DNA of 64,000 nucleotides from Candidatus Woesearchaeota archaeon (GTDB lineage Archaea > Nanobdellota > Nanobdellia > Woesearchaeales > SM23-78), in NCBI GenBank assembly GCA_016932315.1, contig JAFGDD010000008.1:8588-72587 (forward strand), given 5' to 3'. Position 1 is the stretch's first letter, and the number at the start of each line of letters is the position of its first letter. This document shows positions 58,602-64,000 of the stretch, piece after piece. Below the pieces are notes generated by a model. The model worked only from the letters and a program-made list of their open reading frames with translations. It was not told the origin of the DNA and ran no database searches. The position numbers were made by a program, and so were the translations under genes.

Positions 58602-59183
58602 ATGAGGCTCATATTAACAAGGCACGGGGAGACAGAGGAGAATAAGAAAGATATTTCTCAAGGGCATATTCCTGGAAAGCTGTCTGCAGATGGCAAAAAG
58701 CAGGCAGAGAAAGTCGCTCTCAGGCTTAAGAATGAAAAGCTTGACTGTATCTACTCCAGCGACTTAGCCAGGGCAATTGATACTGCAAGATTCATTGCAA
58801 AACACCACAAGAAAACGCCTTTAATCATTACAAAGGATTTGCGGGAAACTGATTTAAGGAAATGGTCTGGCAAAGTAATACCTTTTGACATAAGAACAGA
58901 AGCGAATCGGAAACGTTTCTATGGTCAAATTGAGAGCAGGGCGAGCATGCGGCGCAGAGCAAAAAAGGCTCTTGACAAGGCTTACAAAAAATATCCTGAT
59001 GGCTGCGTATTATTCGTAGGGCACGCAGGCATAAACAAGGCATTGATAAGCGTGATTATGAAAAAACCGGTTTCTTTCATGAGCAAGTTAAAGCAGCACA
59101 ACACAGCAGTCAATATTTTTGAGATAAGAGAGGATGGCAAGCACAAAATCCATTTATTGAACTGCAAGAAGCATCTTGAATAA
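58602..59183 (+). CDS. Histidine phosphatase (phosphoglycerate mutase family)
   Basis: LTRHGET, YSSDL.RA, LRE, VGHAG. Confidence 0.9.
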   Translation: MRLILTRHGETEENKKDISQGHIPGKLSADGKKQAEKVALRLKNEKLDCIYSSDLARAIDTARFIAKHHKKTPLIITKDLRETDLRKWSGKVIPFDIRTEANRKRFYGQIESRASMRRRAKKALDKAYKKYPDGCVLFVGHAGINKALISVIMKKPVSFMSKLKQHNTAVNIFEIREDGKHKIHLLNCKKHLE

Positions 59184-59221
59184 AATAATTTTATGTGATC
59201 TTGTGATCTTATCAGGTTCTT

Positions 59222-59794
59222 TTATTCCAAAAGCATCATTGCAGCTTCATATTTTGGCTTGATTATCTTTTGGGCTTCAGGCATTAGCTTGTTCCATGAA
59301 CGCTGAAGCTTACTCTTCACCCATTCCTTTGCTGAATCCAAATCCTTCTTCTTCACCACCAAGGCTACAAAAAACAAGCCATTGATAAAATCAAAATGAG
59401 CCATGGCGTCTGCGCTTGCAACGCATTGCGCTTCAAGTGTTTCTCTTTTGCCTTGAGAGCTTCCTCGGTGCATGAGTATGCAGTATTTTATTTTTGCAAT
59501 TTTTTCAGCAGGACAACCTAATTCTTTAAGGTATTTCTCAGCATATTCAGCCCCAATTTTCTCGTGTATTTCAGGATCGCCTTTAAGCCTGCCTATGTCG
59601 TGAAGCCAGGCTGAGATTTCCACAATTTCCTCATCTGCTCCTGTCAATTTAGCCAGTTCTTTAGCATACTTTACTACAGGAACGATATGGTGCGAGAAGT
59701 CTGAATCACCAAAGCTTGATCCTTTTTGCGAAGCGCAAGCTTCTTCAACATGAGCCTTGATTCGAACAATAAAGTTATTAGATTTTCTTTTCAT
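59222..59794 (-). CDS. HD-domain phosphohydrolase
   Basis: HH...WLHDIG...H...H...AD. Confidence 0.85.
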   Translation of the reverse strand: MKRKSNNFIVRIKAHVEEACASQKGSSFGDSDFSHHIVPVVKYAKELAKLTGADEEIVEISAWLHDIGRLKGDPEIHEKIGAEYAEKYLKELGCPAEKIAKIKYCILMHRGSSQGKRETLEAQCVASADAMAHFDFINGLFFVALVVKKKDLDSAKEWVKSKLQRSWNKLMPEAQKIIKPKYEAAMMLLE

Positions 59795-60495
59795 TTTTTA
59801 ATCATCTCTGCCAGTACTTCCTTCTCAACAGCCTTTACTCCTAGCTTCTTGAAGAACTTCACTATGTTTATAATGTCCCTCTCAAGAAATTCCCTAGCTT
59901 GCGGGTGCTCTATAGTGGTTGCCTGGCTTAAGTCAATGAAAACAGGCTCTTCCTCAAAATTAAGAATATTAAATTCAGAAAGGTCAGCATGAACTAATCC
60001 TATACCATACAATGACTTGATGCTCTTTATGGTTCTGTCATAGAATTCTTTTGGGTTCTTGGGCTTTGCATCCTTTAATTTAGGCGCTAATTCTCCATCC
60101 CTGCCTATGAATTCCATAACCAAGATATTATCCTTGACAGCTATTGGCTTCGGAACCCTGATTACTTCCCTGGCTTTCAGCAGGTTGCGGTACTCCCTCT
60201 GGACCCATGAAAATATCACCAATCTTCTCCTTTTCTTCAATCCCTGAAACCTAGGGTCAGGCGCAATATACCTATACATCTGGTTGAAGTTGCAGTTCTC
60301 AAGACGATAAATCTTGACAATAACAGTATCCTCGCCCTTGCTAGCAGTGAAGATATTAGCTTCTTTTCCCAGGGCTATCGGGCTTTGCAGTTCATCAAAG
60401 TGCCCTTCGCTCCTTAATTTCTCAAGATTCAAGAGAGCCCACTGGTCGAATACGTTCTTATAAGTCTTCCATTCCTCACGGGATGAGCGTGGCAT
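59791..60495 (-). CDS. rio1: RIO1 serine kinase
   Basis: GKEANIF, VKIYR, HADLSEFNIL, IDLSQ. Confidence 0.93.
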   Translation of the reverse strand: MPRSSREEWKTYKNVFDQWALLNLEKLRSEGHFDELQSPIALGKEANIFTASKGEDTVIVKIYRLENCNFNQMYRYIAPDPRFQGLKKRRRLVIFSWVQREYRNLLKAREVIRVPKPIAVKDNILVMEFIGRDGELAPKLKDAKPKNPKEFYDRTIKSIKSLYGIGLVHADLSEFNILNFEEEPVFIDLSQATTIEHPQAREFLERDIINIVKFFKKLGVKAVEKEVLAEMIKK

Positions 60496-60534
60496 GAGAT
60501 TATAGAATAAATTAATGGTTTAAAAAATGTTGTG

Positions 60535-61257
60535 TTATTTTGATTTCCCCCACAACTCATCCCACATCTTGTGGTATTGCTCTGCTATTTCCTTTGAACT
60601 TATCAATATGGAAACTGGCTTTTCAGATAGTGACATCATCAGGATTTTATCGCCGAATATATTCATGGCAGGAGGTATTTTCTGCTCTGTAAATCTTACA
60701 GAAGACGCTTTGTAGTCTTTTAGGCGACCTTTGCTCTTTTTCTCTGCAATTCCATGAACTATTATTCTTTTCTCTTTTTTCAGCTTGTCAACTTTTGCAA
60801 AGAATTTCAAGGCTTCATCAGATAGCAGAGTTTCTTCTGCTGCGAAGAATTTGTAAATTTCTCCTGATTTGCCTGCCTCTATCATCTCGAGCGTTGCTGT
60901 GAACAATCCTTTCCATCCTTCATATACTTCTGCAAAAACAGGATTCAGTATAGCAGTTATCCCGAGAGTTTTAAGCTCTGGAAGCACAGCATGAAATTCC
61001 TGCCTTTGTGCTTCAATATATTTCTCAATAAGCTCTGGCTCTGCTGCGAGGTAATGCTTAATCTTGCCTTCGAGTATGTGCTTTACAAAGCCTTTCTCTG
61101 TAAGAGTATTCAAGGCGTTGTGGACAACAGAGCTCTGCAATCCGGTTAGTTTGATTATTCTGCCTGACTTAGTTCTGCCCAGCTTTAGGAGCGCTAAGTA
61201 AACTATTGCCTCTGACTTTGAGAATCCTATCTGCTCAAGTACGTCGTTGTGCTTCAC
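60535..61257 (-). CDS. TrmB-family transcriptional regulator
   Basis: IGFSKSEAIVYLALL HTH; ends WDELW; GTG start. Confidence 0.85.
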   Translation of the reverse strand: MKHNDVLEQIGFSKSEAIVYLALLKLGRTKSGRIIKLTGLQSSVVHNALNTLTEKGFVKHILEGKIKHYLAAEPELIEKYIEAQRQEFHAVLPELKTLGITAILNPVFAEVYEGWKGLFTATLEMIEAGKSGEIYKFFAAEETLLSDEALKFFAKVDKLKKEKRIIVHGIAEKKSKGRLKDYKASSVRFTEQKIPPAMNIFGDKILMMSLSEKPVSILISSKEIAEQYHKMWDELWGKSK

Positions 61258-61298
61258 AAGATAATGCTAGGTTTCGTGCTATTTAAATCTTTCTAATT

Positions 61299-61318
61299 AC
61301 TCACCAAAAAAGGTGAGT
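61299..61318. promoter_or_regulatory. Palindrome ACTCACC-N6-GGTGAGT, probable TrmB operator
   Basis: Inverted repeat between divergent TATA-like sequences. Confidence 0.5.
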
Positions 61319-61376
61319 TATTATTTATATACTGAAGAATATATTACTCAAAAATAGCAAAAATGGAGGGGTCAAA

Positions 61377-61703
61377 ATGAAGGCAACAAAATTCATTCCG
61401 TTTGTAGAATGCGATTATATTGAGGGATGTAAAAGAAAAGCTGTGTGGAGTGTAATAGGTCTGTTGACAGGAGCCGCAGGATTCATGTATCTTTTTTCCA
61501 AAGCCTCAGAACCGCTTAAATTTGATCCTGCTTATGTTAACCCGCAAACATCAAGCATGCGATTAAATCAGAATGATATAAACAAAGACGGCCTCGGCGA
61601 GCCCATATTAGAGTGGAGAGGTAACGATGGCCGATGGTATCAAGTAGATTTAACCTATTCAAACCTTGAGAGAATTGCAAAAAAACATGAAAGAATAAAG
61701 TAA
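61377..61703 (+). CDS. Hypothetical single-TM protein
   Basis: GGAGG RBS; TM helix; DINKDG Ca-binding-like loop. Confidence 0.6.
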   Translation: MKATKFIPFVECDYIEGCKRKAVWSVIGLLTGAAGFMYLFSKASEPLKFDPAYVNPQTSSMRLNQNDINKDGLGEPILEWRGNDGRWYQVDLTYSNLERIAKKHERIK

Positions 61704-61751
61704 AATAAAAAATCTAAAATAATTTATTGCGCCTCAGTCGGCGGCGGGCCT

Positions 61752-63032
61752 TTACAAGTCATCACTTATTAATATGTTGACTCTGCCCTGGCTCTTGAGT
61801 TTTGTGTCCATTGCTACCAGGAAGCTTACGTTAGCTCTTTCTGCTATTACCAGAAGGTCCTTGTCAACTACTCCGTCGAATATTACTGCGTATACTCCTG
61901 AGCGTAAGCTCTTGATTGTTCCTTGAAGCTCTGATAATGGAACTTTTCCTAATATAGTTAATTTCTCGTCAAGCAAGTAAGCTCCTCTTGTTCCAATTAA
62001 GTCCTCAAGCATCTCCTCAAACACTTCCTTCTCGTGAGGCGTTGGCTCTTTTGGCTTGCCTCCAGGCATTGGTGCCTGCATTTGAGGTGGCTGCATTGGC
62101 CTTGGTGCTTGCTGCTGCTGAGGCATGGGTCTCCTGTCGCGGTTGTCCCTGTAATCCCTGCTCGGCTGAGGCCTTCTTTCCTCTATCCTCATGCTGTCTG
62201 AGGGCATTTCTGTCTTTGCCTGCTCAAAAGCAACCCTGGCTCTTAATGCCTTGTGGATTTCCTTCTTTGTAAGCTCTTCTACTTCTTTGCCGTCTGGCGC
62301 CTTGGTCACAAAGTCTATCTCTGCGACTCCGCCCAGCTCCTTGATTATCAAGTCTCCGCCTCTGTCGCCATCTACAAAAATTGTCAGTGTCTTCTTCTTG
62401 CTCAAGTCAATAATGGTTTCTGGCACGCTGGTGCCGTTCATTGCAATAACATTCTTGAAGCCTTGCTTTAAGAGGTTGAGAACATCAGCTCTTCCTTCGA
62501 CAACAATTACTTCGTCGCTCTCATCCACTGCTGGTCCTGCCGGTAATCTGTCCTTGCCGTATTCCTGGATTTCCATCACTCTCACAGCATAAGATACTTC
62601 GTCTGCGAGTTCCTGGCTGTCAGGCATGGTGGCTTCAATAAGGTTCTTTAATAGCTCCTTTGCCCTGTCAATCACAAACTGCCTCTTAGAAACCCTTACA
62701 TCCTCAATATTCACAACTTTTATCTTTGCATTGCAAGGTCCTATTCGCTGGATTACTTCAAGGCTTGCAGCCACAATGCTGGTCTCTGCCTTGTCCAAAG
62801 AACTTGGTATTATGATGACGCCTGCTGATTTTCCGCTCTTGATGTCAACATTAACCTCTATCCTTCCTATTCTTCCGCTTCTCTGCAATTCCCTTAATTC
62901 CAGGTCTGCTCCTAGCAAGCCTTCTGTCTGCCCGAAAATAGCTCCTATCACATCAGGCCTGTCTACGACGCCGTCAATCTGGATCTCTGCATGCACTATG
63001 TATTTTGCTGATACTTGCGCTATCTTTGCCAT
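61752..63032 (-). CDS. dnaG: Archaeal DnaG (primase-like exosome subunit)
   Basis: [32 protein letters not shown]. Confidence 0.95.
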   Translation of the reverse strand: MAKIAQVSAKYIVHAEIQIDGVVDRPDVIGAIFGQTEGLLGADLELRELQRSGRIGRIEVNVDIKSGKSAGVIIIPSSLDKAETSIVAASLEVIQRIGPCNAKIKVVNIEDVRVSKRQFVIDRAKELLKNLIEATMPDSQELADEVSYAVRVMEIQEYGKDRLPAGPAVDESDEVIVVEGRADVLNLLKQGFKNVIAMNGTSVPETIIDLSKKKTLTIFVDGDRGGDLIIKELGGVAEIDFVTKAPDGKEVEELTKKEIHKALRARVAFEQAKTEMPSDSMRIEERRPQPSRDYRDNRDRRPMPQQQQAPRPMQPPQMQAPMPGGKPKEPTPHEKEVFEEMLEDLIGTRGAYLLDEKLTILGKVPLSELQGTIKSLRSGVYAVIFDGVVDKDLLVIAERANVSFLVAMDTKLKSQGRVNILISDDL

Positions 63033-63054
63033 TGTTTTTCACCTTTAGTTTTGC

Positions 63055-63258
63055 AAAAAAATCGCCGCAGCCTGTGCTCAGAAGTGCGCTTCTGGCACCT
63101 CAAAAGCAAAGCTTTTGTTGGCAGCAAGTGCGACGAAGTTCACAATGTGAACGAGTTGCACGCTGGCTGCTTTGACTGGGGTTGCGCCCCATGGGCTGTT
63201 GCTAGATCAAGCCTAGCAACTCCAAAAGTTTACTTTTGGCTGTCAAAGGCGATTTTTT
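63055..63258 (+). repeat. Structured intergenic element, family I, copy D
   Basis: Arms AAAAAATCGCC/GGCGATTTTTT; GCAGCCT...TTGACTGGGGTTGCGCCCCATGGGCTG...GTCAA. Confidence 0.75.
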
Positions 63259-63818
63259 CCTTTTGATTATGTTTTTTCAGAAAGAGCTATCTGTATCATC
63301 GGCTAGTACAAAGTTCAAATATTTTGAGTATTCGTTAACAATATTTGTGAACATGGTATAATAGCAAATGATTTTTTGCTCTTTCCTCTTTAGAACAAGC
63401 ACTTGATTCTTTTCGTTTACCCTGGGCTTTTTGCTTTTCAAAATAAAAAAGTCTTTCTTATGCCCAAAATATTTTGATAATAAATGATGTGAGTATGATG
63501 AAAAGGCTTTTGCGCCTGTTCTTGTCTTCTTTCGTTGTCTTTTTCTGCTAAAAAAATTTCCTTTAACTTATCTTTGAATATTATAAGCTAATTGTAGCCC
63601 AACACTAACTCACAATGCTCACAGCCAAGAGCTATGCGCTCAGGCTCGCATGAGCAACTCTGTGCCGGGCCTGGAAAAGAGTAGTATAAGGGGGTTTTTA
63701 AATGTTTGGGTTTTGGAGTTATCGACGTAAAATAATGTTCATGACTTTCAAAATAGTTACTTCTAAGTTATTAAAAAATGAAAGGGTAATGATATTAAAA
63801 AATAAAAATTTTCGCGAT

Positions 63819-63998
63819 TTAAGCAGTGCATCCTGTAATCTGCGACAGCTGTTGCGTCGTTTGTATTCCCATGACTTTCTCGTTATTGATTATCCAAGTA
63901 GGATAAGCTAGTATGCCTGCTTCCTTGCAGATGCTGGCCTGAGCTCGGTAGTCTCCCTGCACCCCGCACTCAATATAATTAATCTTTGCCATGTCTGC
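63819..63998 (-). CDS. Thioredoxin-like protein, C-terminal part; start lies beyond window end
   Basis: Manual translation ...INYIECG...ICKEAGILAYPTWIINNEKVMGIQTTQQLSQITGCTA*. Confidence 0.7.
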   Translation of the reverse strand, partial: ADMAKINYIECGVQGDYRAQASICKEAGILAYPTWIINNEKVMGIQTTQQLSQITGCTA

Positions 63999-64000
63999 TC

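Noticed and set aside
62050..62200. Pro/Gln/Arg-rich stretch in dnaG as an intein or insertion element
   Set aside because: In-frame low-complexity linker with no intein motifs.
1551..62592. Numerous 60-140 aa ORFs antisense to long genes
   Set aside because: Shadow ORFs of well-supported genes, with Ser/Phe/Leu-rich composition typical of reverse frames.

Overview
Archaeal chromosomal window, most consistent with a DPANN (Woesearchaeota-like) genome; this placement is inferred from aRF1, aIF5A, L40e, fibrillarin/Nop5, topoisomerase VI, Rio1/Dim2, NMD3, archaeal DnaG and TATA boxes close to start codons. Most of it is housekeeping. Five things stand out. (1) A tRNA-Asn/tRNA-Ile pair, where tRNA-Ile(GAU) is split by three long structured introns (about 98, 60 and 95 nt); two of them share a covarying hairpin. 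(2) At least 10 dispersed, structure-conserved intergenic elements in three families; one family has a covarying pseudoknot, and a small hairpin module recurs between families. (3) A cluster of a KamA radical-SAM/ATP-grasp fusion, two more Ddl-like ATP-grasp ligases and an EgtD-like methyltransferase, near pyrG, glnA and an Lrp regulator. (4) A Tat-signal L,D-transpeptidase-like protein and several domain-truncated enzymes (Hel308, ThiI, PEP synthase). (5) A 9-kb toxin-antitoxin/defence island with internal 24- and 30-bp direct repeats. No CRISPR array, rRNA, transposase or integrase was seen. All calls come from reading motifs by eye; no searches or folding programs were run.
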